A DNA stretch of 57,319 nucleotides, counting the filler, from Sphacelaria rigidula (Eukaryota): NCBI GenBank assembly GCA_964200075.2. It is 5 parts of 5 records of this genome, joined end to end, with 100 filler letters (N's around TTAATTAATTAA, not from the genome) between each part and the next. Parts side by side here need not be neighbours in the genome. Positions count along the whole stretch, not along the records: positions 11,485 to 22,868 come from CAXNAA020004986.1; positions 22,969 to 34,352 come from CAXNAA020004987.1; 3 more parts are not named here. One strand, given 5' to 3'. A program made the position numbers and the translations under genes. The notes beneath the pieces are model-generated. The model worked only from the letters and a program-made list of their open reading frames with translations. It was not told where the DNA came from and did no database searches. This document shows, piece by piece, positions 11,485-23,801 of the stretch. The number at the start of each line of letters is the position of its first letter. The stretch's first letter is position 1.

Positions 11485-14005
11485 CTCCCCCCCCCGGCTT
11501 CGCGGAGGTGGACACTTGCGCCTGAGGAGTAGAGGGGTGCCAAGTGACGGATTGTCTGAGGACGACTGATCCAGTTGTCAAGTCGCACACCCGGTAGGTG
11601 TGTGGAGGGCCGTCAATGGCCGTTCCGAGCAGGATGCACTTATGTCCGCGCGGCGCGAGTTTGTTGGGCGGGTTGTGGTGCTGCATGTATCCCACGGTGC
11701 CAAAGGGAAGAATCCCGGAAAGCGATGGCTTGCTGCCGTACCGGAGTTCGTACGGCGTGACTCCTTCGTCGAGGGATGATGTGACGCACATGTTGGACGT
11801 GTCGCAAGCATATTGCATGGCTTCGGCCCAGAGGCGGTAAGTTTTTTCCTTCTTCAAGTTCTCGAAGCAAGACGACTGTCTTGTCCCGCAGAATGCCGAG
11901 CGCGCGTTCAGCGACTCCGTTGTATTGCGGTGTATGCGGCGGCGTTTTTTCGGGCTTGATGCTCAGGCTGTTGAGGAGATTTTGAAACTCTCCTTCAAAT
12001 TCGCCACCTCCGTCGGTGCGGATAATGCCGATCTTGAGGCCGGCTGGTGAAATATGTGAAGCGATGATATCCATGAGCGCTCCGGCGGCTTGATCCTTGT
12101 GCTTGAGAAAATGGACGATTTTGAAGCGGGAGTAATCGTCCACGCACAGCATGGCGTAGCGCTTCCCCGAGAGCGAAGGTTCGGGGAAGGGGACGGCGAG
12201 GTCGACGTAGAATCTTCCAGCGCGTGACTTGGCGTGGGTCTCGGTGGTTTTTGGCACCTAATATCGACGCACTCGTGCTTTCGAGCAGGAGGTGCACGGT
12301 TGCCACTCTCCGGTGAGGCGTATTCCGGCCATCTTCGAAATGTGAGTGACTGCGCATCTTGTGACGCACGAATGGCGGCGGCTGCGGGGTATATCCTTAA
12401 GGGTGCGTCCAGAGCTCTCGGCAGCTTTGTTGCCGACGGCAGGTTATGCTGGCCGCGCTGGGGTACGTGGGCGACTCGCGCCAACTCGAGTTCCTCCGTA
12501 GCTCCGGTGAAATCCCCACACTCTCGATCCACGAGGAGTTGTAGGCGCCCATAGCCTAACACGCGTAGCAGCTTGCCGTCCGCAGTTTCCACTTGGTCGG
12601 AAGGGAAGGCAGGCTGATATTCCTGAAAATATGCGGAGCTTGACGTCATGTGTTGAGTTGCTCCGCTGTCCGCCACCCAGAACCCTTCATGCTTGTTTTC
12701 CACGACGAGTTGGTTGCCTGCCTTCGATATTTTTGCAGTGAGCCCAGCGCCTAGGGTGCTCTTCGCCAGGAAACTTCTCGGACGATTCCCTGACATTGAT
12801 GGCATCTCTGGGCGGTTGGGACATTCAGATGATTCGTGTGGACCTTCGTAGTAGTAGCACCCCGCGCGTGATGTTTTCGACTCTCCGTCGCGAGGGGCTG
12901 TGTCCGCGCGGCCATTTTGGCCACTCGTGTTGTTTTTCTCGCGGGTGGTGTTCCATTTCCCGCCACGGTTATTGCTCCCATGGCTGCGTCGTCCTTCTCC
13001 CTTACCACGAGCAACGACTTTGCATTTGCGATACGTGGATGCGTCATGCCCAGGCTTGGAACAGAGGACGCAGAATAAGCCACGTTTGTCGCCACCGTCC
13101 GCTGTCTTAGTGGTCACAAGTGCATGATGGCCAGAATCCTTTTCATCATTCTCCATGCGATCATGCTGGTTCATGATTGTGCGTTCAATCCAGTCTCGGT
13201 CGGGCCAGTTTGCGGAACTTTCGAGCATGCGGACTTCGGCGTCGTATTGGCTGGACAGCCCTGAAATGATCACAACGTCCACGTCCTTGGGGTCGACTGG
13301 TCTACCGACGCGTTTGAGTTCGCGGACCAGACGGTCGGTTCTAAGTAGGTACTTACGTGGGTGCTCTCCGAGTTCCATCTTCAGCCCGTGAAACTGAGTG
13401 ATGAGGCGCTTGCGCTCTTTGTATCCGCTGGCATGGTAGTGCTGGACCAGACGTCTCCACGCCTGGCTAGGTGAGACTGAATCCTGGACGATTTCCAGGG
13501 CGATCCCCTTGCAGTTAGTGATGAGCGACACCCATACTTGGTTTGCCTTGCTCAATTTGATGAGGTCGCAACTTCTGCTGTCGAAGTCTTCTCGACCAAC
13601 TTCCAATTTGCCGTCTCCGGTGGAGTTTAGTACATCAACGCAACCCAGTGCAGTCAGCTGGGCTCTATGTGCTTGAGACCAGTCGTTCCAGTCCTCAGCT
13701 TCACCCAAGAAATTCTGAAACTCTATTTTCGCGTTTGGTCGGCGTAGTGGGGCGGACCCCTGCTCTTGTGCATGTTGCTGTCGTTGATGTTGCTGTTGTT
13801 GTTGTTGTTGTTGCTGGAACTGTTGCTGTTGTTGCTGCTGTTGTTGCTGCTGCTGCATCATTCCTTGCATTGCCTGCAGGAACTCAGTCATGCCTCCTTC
13901 TTGTTGCTGTTGCGGCGCTTTGCTCGCACGCGATGCCATCTTGCTGTAGTAGCCGCGAAGACCAGTAAGCTAGCGGCTACCTCCGTTGGCAGCCACGTTA
14001 TAACG

Positions 14006-14553
14006 TGTTGAAGTAGCTGTGGTGGTTCACGAATGTGGAACACGGTTTCCCAGTCTCAGACGCTGGAGTAATGGATAACTCAGACAGCAGTCGAGCGTGT
14101 CCCGATGATGAAGATGGTTGAATCGTTTTATTATTGATATCGAAGTAACTTGATGATCCCCAGTCACTCTCAGTCTTTAGCTTATGCAAGGATACATGTA
14201 CTCGGCATACTACGATCTACCGAGGAGTAGACGTGGACGGCAATAATTTGCCCGTCAGAGGGAAGTTGGAAGGAAGTGAGCGGAGAAGGGGGGGGGGGGG
14301 GGGGCCCCCCTGTCCACAGCTCTTCCTATCTCGCGAAGTCTAGAAAGCGCAATGGAAATTACCCGCAGTAATTACCCGCTCTAATTACCCGTAGTAATCA
14401 CCCGCTCTAATTACCCGCACTATCACCCGACTATTCTCGAAGTCTCTTTCTCGAACGATCCTATCTTCTGGAACACACTTCACAGAACATTCTTTTCTAC
14501 TAGCGAGTCTACCCAATTGGCAGAGTACAGGATACACTACGTATTTCTTAACA
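14006..14553 (-). repeat. 5' LTR of the Copia element (~548 bp)
   Basis: On the minus strand it starts TGTTAAG and ends CTTCAACA (TG..CA, short inverted ends), about 65 bp upstream of the gag ATG at 13939. Confidence 0.75.
14357..14432 (+). repeat. 13-bp tandem repeat (AATTACCCGCnnT, ~6 copies) inside the LTR
   Basis: Seen directly. Confidence 0.9.
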
Positions 14554-15557
14554 GCGTGGGACTAACCCTTACCCCCGTTGTGTGTTTGTGCAGCTTTGAT
14601 TTTGCTCATTTCACCCAACTGATTGCATCTGTATTTCTCCCTGGGACTGCCAGGAGCTTAATATAGACGTTACAGAGGTGCGTTAGCTCACGCTCTTGTC
14701 TGCACAGCAGGCGACTGACTCGCTGCTACATTTTGCCTGCTCTTCACTTTGAGAATATGCATGTACGCAAACGGACAGCACTGTACTTGCGTCGGCGTCA
14801 GTTGCGCGACGAGGACATCGCCTTGTTACATGTCCTGTAGCGCTTAGAGGCACACACGTGGACAAGTAGCACCCTGTAGGACGAGCTGCACAGGATCGGG
14901 CAAAAAGAGGATTTCTCTTGGATAGCAGGACAAGCCATTCAAAACAGATCCTTTTTTCGCCCAATTTATTTGGGCGAAAAAAGGTTTTACTTCGAACAGC
15001 AGAAGAACCTATTAAAAAAAGATCTATTTCAAACAGCTTTTTCTGCTGCGCAAATACCATGAACACTGGCAGATTTGGAAATGGAACAGCAGAAGAAGCT
15101 CGAAATAAATCTCCACTTTGCCCTCCAATTCATCCGGAAATTGAGCAAAAAGAGATTAATTGCGAACAGCATCAGTTGGGCATATCCCGCATACTGCATC
15201 GTTATCAACGAATGGGATCCGAGACGCAGAAAAAATGTTGAAAGTTGTTGTCGTCTTCACATTGAAAACCGTTCCGATATCTGCGCGGTACATTCGTACA
15301 GGTAGCAGGAGCGGTACACCCACCCTCCCTGCGCACTCGGCCGTATGGCGGCGAATGAGAGGGGAGACCCGGCGGCCCAGCGTTCGCCCCACTTGGCGCG
15401 GTGTGACCGTGATGCCCATTTCGGCGATGAATCGTCGCCGGGTATCACCAGCGACGGAACACCTTACGCCGTGGTCGAGGGGCTACCGTCGTCGGTAGGC
15501 GGCGCCCGCCGACGCAGTCGGTGACAGTCTGCAGCGCGAGGAGGAGGTAGCGCGGAA

Positions 15558-18500
15558 ATGCTGCCAGGAATCCTGTTGGGGGGCCAACGGCTGACGCCAC
15601 CCACCTCTACAGGAGAACCGCGTGCTGGGCAGGCCGACGTGTATACCCCAAAAAGGCGAACGACGTGCGGAAAGGCGGTTTGTGGTGCCACGGAAGCGTG
15701 GCCGACGCCCTGTCCGGTGTGTCCCGCTAATCCCGTGCACGTCGGCAACGTATTGTGCTGCGCGTGCCACCGCTGGCCTTCGGACAAACGAGGCTCCGAA
15801 CCCGAATTTCGGCATCTGCCCGGCGACGACGCGGTCGCCGACGCGGCGGAACTTTGGCGTCAGGTCTCAGCCACGGGTGCAGCGGCACAGACTGCTGTTG
15901 TGCCGGGTTGGGTGCCGAGCCGCGAGTGTCTGTGTCTCGCCCCCGATTGCTTCTATGCCCTCCGGAAGAGACAGAAGCTCAAGGAAGAGCGGGCGGCGGC
16001 CAAGTGCGTAGCATGCTGCCGGGTGCCAAAGACGGAGCTGGTTAGAGGCGGGAAAACATTTCGTCTCATGCACGAATTCTTTCGAGCGACGGATGCCGGG
16101 GCAATGCACCGGGGTGGGGACAGCATCAATCTACACGCAGACAGTCGCCTCTGCAGAAGCTACGCCTGGAGATTCAGCAATGAAGTCGAGAGCACATTGT
16201 TCAAGAGGGGAGAGGACGGCAAGTGGACGGCTGACCAGTACCTCCTGCGCCTCGACACCTCCGACGCGCCTGGGGGAGGGGCGACTGCCGCTGCCTCTCA
16301 TATTGCTGCGCGAAACATGGTCGCCGAGATTGCCGCCAGGGGCTTACTCAATCTGGGCGGAGCCATGAATATCGTGCGGCAGGCGCGTAGCCGAGCGGGA
16401 TTGAACGATGTTGTCGAGAGGAATTTGAGTAACGACGCCAACACAATCCTCGATCAAGTCGCCTTCGCTGTCAGCGGTATTCATGACCTGTCCTTTTCTG
16501 GGGGCCAGGTCGGTCATGACGACAGGCGGAGATTTAGGGTGCTGATACCGGTCGTACTCGATGAGTGGTGGATCGTGAACCTCTACGCCAGCGAGTGCGA
16601 GCTTCGGCATGAGAAGAACCGACGAAAAGCTGCGCTTGCAGGAGCGGCGGACCAGGGGGGGCGCGCTGATGCTCCGGAGCAATTTCCGGTGGGCGGAGGG
16701 GACGGACATTTGGGGGTGATAAAGACGGCGGCGGGCATGTTGCGCACGAGCATGGTCCGGGGTGCGAAATGGGCACAAACACGCTTGCGTACAGGTGAGG
16801 CCTTTGCCGCCGGCATGCGGAATCCCGACGTGAAAAGGTACGTCCGCGACACTTTCCCAGTTGAGCTCAAGACGTTCATCGCCTCGGTGTTCAGGATAAA
16901 CCTGGACGCCGCCACGCGGGAAACCGATGCGGATGCCGATCAATATTCTGAAAACGCCGTGTTCACTTTTATGTTGGGTACGATGATGACGAAGAAGGCT
17001 ATTGGAGGCTCCTTCATGCCCGAGCACTACATGCAGTTGTCCCAGGCGTTGAAATCGCATGGAGCGGGGGAGAAGATTACGCGCCTGCTGTCGGTGCTAA
17101 AGATTTCCATGTCTGACAAGCAGAGGTGGACGCACAAGAATGTAGTGGCGGCTAGGAAGGATGAAGACCTCATCCCGGCGGACCGCAACATCGGCGTGTC
17201 AGCAGCATTCGACAACAACGGCTGTGACCCCGTTGCTAAATGCATCTCCGCGGAACACTGCTCATTCATAGGGGCCACCGCGCATCACCACCGTCTCCCG
17301 CTGGACGCACCTGCTACTTTCGGCAGCAAGGATTTGTGGATGAAAACCGCGGAACTGACAATCGACTTGCTGGAGCGAGGTCGGGAGCGTGCCGAACACG
17401 GGGAAAATATGGAGACGTGGAGTACCCTGCTAGCTTCAACGTTAGCGCGGAGCCCTGGATACCTAAAGACAAATGGCCCTGGGCGATCATGCCTGGAGGC
17501 CGAGTGGGTGAAGAAGTTGGATCGCGGGGGGCGCAATCTCGTGTCGAGGAACCTCTTCGTCCAGTCTGGCTCGACAAAGTGCGAGGTTGACAACGAGAAG
17601 ACATTTGAACGGTTCCTGCGGGTTTGCGACGCCGAGGGCTAGAACGGCCGGGTGGTTTTGATCGAGGGGGATGATGAGACGTACAGTTCCATGCTGAACG
17701 CCATGGCTTCGAACCCCACCAGATGGCGCAATATTCTGCCCCACCCTGGCGGGTGACATTTCATGCTCAATCTGTCGCAGGCTTTGCTGGAGTTGTATTG
17801 GGGGGCAGGGATCGAGAGGATTGCGAAATTGCTCGGTGGCGATGACAGGCACGCGGGGGCGGGGAAGAAGCACCGGAGGAGTCATCACTTCCTCACGGTC
17901 ACGTTCGAAGCCATGTGGTGTGTGATCATCGAAATATACGAGGCGAAGAAGGGTGTTGATGCCAGCCGTGAGGGAGAAGACGTGGTGTCGTCGCCCCGGG
18001 AACGGGTCTCCAACCATGTGACCCTGAGATTTTGGTTGTCGTTCCTCCTGGATCACTACCCGGCATATCTGGGGTTCCGGATGGGCACAAGGGTTGGGGA
18101 TTACGCCCTGAGGACTGCGGCACTGAGAGAGGCGGCGCCCATCTTCACCCTCACGCAGAAACTGCGATACCAGCGTCTGTGCGCAACTCACATATCTCCC
18201 ATGTCACAAGGATGACGAACGGGGACTTTCGCGCGGCGGGGACATTATCCTCTGTCAGTTTCGGTGGGCAAGAACATCACAACGTCGCTCTCAACGAGTA
18301 CCAGGAGATGACGAATAAGGTGGTGAAATCAGCGATCGGCAGGATCACCCCCGGCTTCATAAGGAAGCTGGTTCCGATCTGTAAGAGCCGGCAAGCAGCC
18401 GTGGGCGCAGTGGACGACCAGCTGTATCCAACTCCGAAGGAGCGCGCCACCACGGCGGAGGTAATCAGGGAAAGGGCGGCGGCGGTGGAGAAGGTCTTGC

Positions 18501-21319
18501 CATTCGTGCGGAAGTGCACCGCCTTCTTCGAGGATGGAACAGACAAGGTGAAGTACTTCAACCTAAGGGTGACGAGCGCGGAGGACCAGAAGATAATGTT
18601 GGCGGCGAAAAAGATATCGTGAGAAAGGTGGGACGAGGTTCTCAACGTGGTGGCAAAATGGGGTTCCGCACGGAAGACGGCTGAAGAAGACCACTTCCCC
18701 CGTATATAAGGCGCAAAACACGACCACGAAAGCTTCGAAGACGCCAAAGAGGAGAAGCGCGCTGCAGAAAGACTACAAAGACTTAACTCTCCAGGGCAAG
18801 GAATATCACGCTATCTTGGCCGATATCCTGATCAGTGCGCGCATGCGAACGGCAGAGGAACTGGCGATACTCAAGCACAGCCTCGGTGCGGTGTTGCCTC
18901 TGGCGATGGCGCACGCCGGTGACGGGGGCGGCCGCAGAGCGAACGAGTCAAAGAGAATACGACAATTTATGCTCGGCAAGTGCGCGGATGCCGTCTAACC
19001 GTCGCCTCATGACTGCGTTCACGCTTCTGTTGTCGACTTGGCGATGGAACTCCATCGAACACCCCCGTCAAGCATCCTCGACGCCGGTGCGATCGCGCTG
19101 CTGCCGGAGTTCCGGGATAAAATCCTTACCGAGCATTTGGCGTTCGGGGCCACTTTCGTCGGTTTGTGCTACGACTACTCGCCGCTCGTGCCGCCGATTA
19201 AAGCTGCAGAACAAGCCGGCCGAAAGGCCGGCCTCGACTGTTCACATGGTGTGTTAGACCCCGCCTCTTCCGATCAAATCCCGAGCGGTGGCGACTTTCG
19301 GGCGTATCTCCGCGCGCACAATAACAGGGACGATATTGCCGCGGCCATCCACAACTACTTTGTCGGGCACAGGGACGGCAAAGGGCGAAGAGGGGACGCG
19401 ACATTCATCTTCACCGGTATATCTTGGCCTCGCCCAGTGCACCCCGTCCTCCCAACGCCAGAAGCAACTCCGCCGACAGCTGCACCCGCGGACCCCCAAC
19501 AACCGTCGCGAGCATATGGACATCCTGTCATGATTGCAGTGCCCGACTCGGAAAACATCCCGCCAGGCTATGGTGATACGAGAGGGGCCACATCCGCGAA
19601 GGGTGTGACCCCCCTCCGCCCCCCCATCTGCAGGGGCATCGTGGGAACCATTGTGATACATGGCCCGGCTTCTGGTGGCGCCGCCCTGGCCCCCACGCCT
19701 CAAGTGCTCCGCGCGCGTAGCGTGAACGTGCCTGTAGGAAATTTGGCAGGTGGTCCCGGGCGTCGGTATTCAGACGGCGAAGCCACCGGCGTGCGGCCCG
19801 GTCTGGCCTCCTGCGTCCCACCTGGAGCAGGGTTTGTTTGCTGTACCGAGCCGGGGACGGCCGGACGGAGTTGGAAGAGCGCCGCCGATATGCCACTCCC
19901 GCGATATGCGGCGGGCGGCAGCAGTGTCTCTGGTGGTGGCAGCGGCGCAGAATCCACAGGAGTGGGGCAGGGGGAACTGCCGCCAGTGACCCACGCGATG
20001 CCCCTGACACGCTGGTTTGGGGGCATGAGGGTCTGAAGTGTATGCCTGGCGCCCACATCGGTGAGGGGGAGCTGGCCACGACTCACATGATTGTGCACCA
20101 CGAGAAGTACGCGACCGCTCGTGGCCTGCGTAAGTGGATGGTTACGTCCATAGACAAGGATCAAGTCATGCATGTATTGTTGGCCATGGCAATCGGTGCA
20201 ATACCGTGAAGGGGAACCGAGAAGGTGCATGTTCAGGTTAGGAATAAGAAAAAACAGGGAGCGGAGGAGTTCATCCTCGTGAATAGAGTGTACGAGGCCG
20301 TATGCAATAGCGAGGAATGGGCAGCGGGTGCTGCCGCAGCGGCGGGCATGGAAACGGCAGCGGGTGCTGCCGTAGCGGCGGGCGTGGAAACGGCAGCGGG
20401 TGCTGCCGCAGCGGTGGGTATGGAAACAGGAGCGGGTGCTGCCGCAGCGATGGGCGTGGAAACGGCAGCCGGTGCTGCCGCAGCGGCGGGCGTGGCGCCA
20501 GAGTGGCTGTCGGACGCGGCGAAAGGGGTGTTATTCGTGGTTTTGTACTTCCTGACCGGATACGATTTCCTGCCGGCGATGTACAACATGGGTTTCAAGA
20601 CCATGCTGCGTCACGTGCGCAGGACTATCGCCATGCCTCGCTTGTTCACCGAACCCATCATTTCCGTCCGCGATGGCAGATGGCAGGTGGACACGACAGC
20701 CGCCCTGAAGATGCTGTGCGTATGTTGCTTCGAGGAGCACGTGAAAGTATTCAACCCGACTTTTCCGGGCGGCGCCGCTGATCTATTGGAGTCTGCTCAG
20801 GTCGGTAGGGATGCCCGGAAATTTGCAGACGTCGTACAGGAGGCGATCTGGACCGCCACAGGAGCAATGGGTAAGAAAAACTGCCCGAGGTGGGATGCGC
20901 TGGAGCTGCTCGTTCGCAGGGCCGACGCCGTTTCGGAATATTGGCAGGGAGCCATCCACCTACCAACCCCTCCGACTTTGTTCGAAGGCCGCGGCTGGTG
21001 TATAAGTGACGGGGACGACAGGGCGCCTTTGACGAACGATAATGTGGTGATCAGACTGTCGCCGCTTGCTCTCCTCATGCAGGAGGGGCGAGTCAAGTTC
21101 CTGAAGTGTCAATGTAAACCAGACACGGCTGCGAGGCACAAATGCAAGAACTGCCGTTGTGGCAAGAGGGGCAAGCCATGTGTATATGGATAGTGTGGGT
21201 GCAAAGGTGCATGCGGACCTGCCCACATGGGCACAGATGGCGCAGCGGCTGAGACTACCTCAGCGGGGCATGCAGCGGGTGCTACATCGGGAGTAGCGGG
21301 GCTCGCAGACGGTGAGTGA
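15558..21319 (+). mobile_element. Decayed Academ (AcademX-type) DNA transposon coding region: DDE-type transposase + XPG/PIN nuclease + C-terminal Cys-rich finger
   Basis: Reading through stops and frameshifts gives AAFDNN, IEGDDETY, PHPGG(*=W)HF, NVALNEYQEMTNK; then VDLAMELH, CYDY..IKAAEQ..R, HIGEGEL..H, SIDKDQV, FLTGYDFLP..MG.K (H3TH-like), RRA..YWQ..P..GRGW, and CQC..CKNCRC..C..(*)CGC..C. Termini not located. Confidence 0.8.
20321..20495 (+). repeat. 36-bp in-frame minisatellite (~5 copies, AAGAAAAAGMET) inside the XPG-like region
   Basis: GCAGCGGGTGCTGCCGCAGCGGCGGGC(A/G)TGGAAACG repeated. Confidence 0.93.
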
Positions 21320-22868
21320 AGCAGCGCTCTCACGGGCAAATTCGGCGAATGTTTCACTCGTGTCGCCCGATAACACCAAGTCACTCGGGCTTGGGCACTA
21401 TGTATCGAGGATGACCTGTTTATTGTACGTAATTCTACCGGCGCTGGCACTATCGAAGAGTAATACACGATAAAAACCGTGGGGCTCGCCGTACTAGTTA
21501 CATCGCCCAGTACTATGTGCAACATTTGAATGTGGAGTAGAGGAATGTGGACACGACGAGAAAACCTGGCGAAAGTTTTAAAGTTGAGGACTGGTGTCTG
21601 TTCGCCGTCACCGGTTACAGATGTGAAGTAGGACTGCTATCGCGCCGAAATGTCGGAGACATTGACTGAGCAGCCAATATGCCAATACGTGCGTTTCGCA
21701 GGTGGCAGCAGGGACTCGGGGGTTTCTAATCGGCGTGTGACTGACTGGCGATCGGGCGAGGAGGAATCAGACTCAAGTGCGGGGCATGTGTCGCAAGTAG
21801 GTTAGGTTGGCATGCAGGTTACGTGGGGAGAGTGTGCGGCTATACGGGTGTGCAACTCCGACGGTAGGTACCGATTTACCCTGCCTGTTCGAATGGGGCC
21901 AATAATGTTTTCGCGAGATTGAGAGTAGAGCGCGGATTGAGAGTGCCGTCTTCGGCCATTCGCTCAAACTTGGTCATTTCTTCATTTCGTGTGTGCTGTT
22001 CTCTGCCTCCATCACTAGCGTGTGCTTGCAGCTACATGTCGATATCCTAGTCAGGAATATCAAGGGCCTCAGTGGCGAACTACCACCGAGATGACATCGG
22101 GCCTCGTGGAGTGGCATTTCGGAACTGATACGATTCAGTGACTGATTGGCCGCTTTTCACTTTCAATCGTGTACAGATTTCCATTGGCGCCCGATAACAC
22201 GGCGCATGGCCGCTGACATGGGCTTCATCGCCAGCCGACCCCTGCCCCCGATTTCCCCACCATTGTCGATATAAGCAGATATTGGCGCGGCAGACAGTGA
22301 GGAGGAATTGGATGCCGAGAGCTTGCCGGAGCCCGGGGATTTCTGAGCGGAGGGGACCGCCCGCTTCCAGCGGCGTGGTGAGCAGTCAATGGTCTCTGTT
22401 TTTTAGCAATATGTATACGGAGGTAGAATGGAAACATCGTGCATGCTGGGCGCGAGACGGCGCAGAAAAATCCCCCATGGACAACACGCCGTGTCCGTAT
22501 CACCCGCCGTAGAGTAGCCGAGGATAAATGGCGTCCTGTGCCCCACCTGCTTCTTGGAACACCTGTCGCCCGTTGGACTCCCCTCCCGGATGCTGACGAA
22601 GCATTCATTGTTTTGAATGCAATGGATACAATCATCGCCGAATGATTAGCGCACGCACCGTTTTTGTTCGCGTAATTACCACCAGTGGTGAGTCGTTTAT
22701 GTACAGACTCCGATGCACCTGAAAATAAAACACACGAGGAAGCAGTAAAACGGAGATGGGGGCCGTCAACATCCAGAAGGAGGCGCTCCCCCCCCCCCCC
22801 CCCCCCGCTGCCGCGTCAAAAAAAATGTCCCGCCACAGAAGTTGTGGTGTCTAGGTTTGTTGGTCCGC

Positions 22869-22968
22869 NNNNNNNNNNNNNNNNNNNNNNNNNNNNNNNN
22901 NNNNNNNNNNNNTTAATTAATTAANNNNNNNNNNNNNNNNNNNNNNNNNNNNNNNNNNNNNNNNNNNN
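22869..22968. other. Artificial spacer
   Basis: N44-TTAATTAATTAA-N44. Confidence 0.99.

Positions 22969-23032
<64 letters not shown>
22969..23032 (+). repeat. (CA)n microsatellite
   Basis: Seen directly at the contig start. Confidence 0.98.
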
Positions 23033-23035
<3 letters not shown>

Positions 23036-23801
23036 GAGCAGCTGTGGCTAGGTGCACCTAACGAATGCGGTGTACGATGTACACACGTGTCGGTGACGAT
23101 ATCACCAGAGAGAGAAGCAACGACAGAGAGGAAGTTCCTCGCCCGTGCCCTTTGTGTGTCTCCGCTCGGCGACTACCAAACTCTCGAGAGACTGGCATCA
23201 TTGATCTTACCAGCACGTGCCGAATTTTTCATGTGCCAGAGCATCGACGTGCGGAGAGATTCGGTCCTCCCTTCTTGCCTGCCGCCAACGCGAAGATTGA
23301 TTTCTCCCTGGCTCTCGTTTTGGACAGGACGTGCTTCTGTGCGCTGAAAAACATGTTGAAAAAAAGGACAATCTTCCTGTCACCGCTACTACTGCTCTCT
23401 GTCACACACATGCCAGCAAGGATGGTGCTGCGGCAATAACAGATATATCCGATTTGAGCTGAGGGGGCGTTATTCATCGTTGAGTTTCGCCGACCTCCCG
23501 CGCCAACGGGGTGCCCAAGCAGAAGGGCATTTCATCCGCCAGTCGAGGGGGGTGTATGAGATATCAAACACTTGAAGAAACCTATTTGACATGCAGAGTG
23601 AAAAACGATACTTATGGTGGTGACCTAACTGTTGCTAGCGTGGCGCATAGGCGTCAGCCCATGCCGCAACCTGCAGCACACGCTGAACAGCTCGGTACAG
23701 TAGTACGAGTAGGTTCCCATGAGTAATGATTATTCCGATGTCAGGAGGTCATGGGCTATCGCAAGTTGGGCGGATAGACGAGAGTGCTCTAACATACGAT
23801 C

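Larger units (their letters stand above)
11485..14553 (-). mobile_element. Decayed Ty1/Copia LTR retrotransposon (5' LTR, gag, protease, integrase; RT lies beyond the contig end)
   Basis: Gag with degenerate knuckles (CVLCSKPGHDASTY, CYYYEGPHESSEC), protease FWVADSGATQHM, integrase YVDL..DDYSR..IRTDGGGEF..PQYNGVAER, then LWAEAM..TPYE..FGT; PR-IN order; frameshifts near 12260 and 11850. Confidence 0.95.

Noticed and set aside
11384-11485. Copia inserted into the NLR gene
   Set aside because: An artificial spacer separates them; adjacency is unsupported.
13988-14005. Primer-binding site of the Copia element
   Set aside because: The sequence after the LTR (CGTTATAACGTGG) is not a TGG-type PBS and I could not assign a tRNA.
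14830-22868. Terminal inverted repeats of the Academ-like element
   Set aside because: Only weak similarity between ~15420-15470 and ~21590-21655; not enough to call ends.
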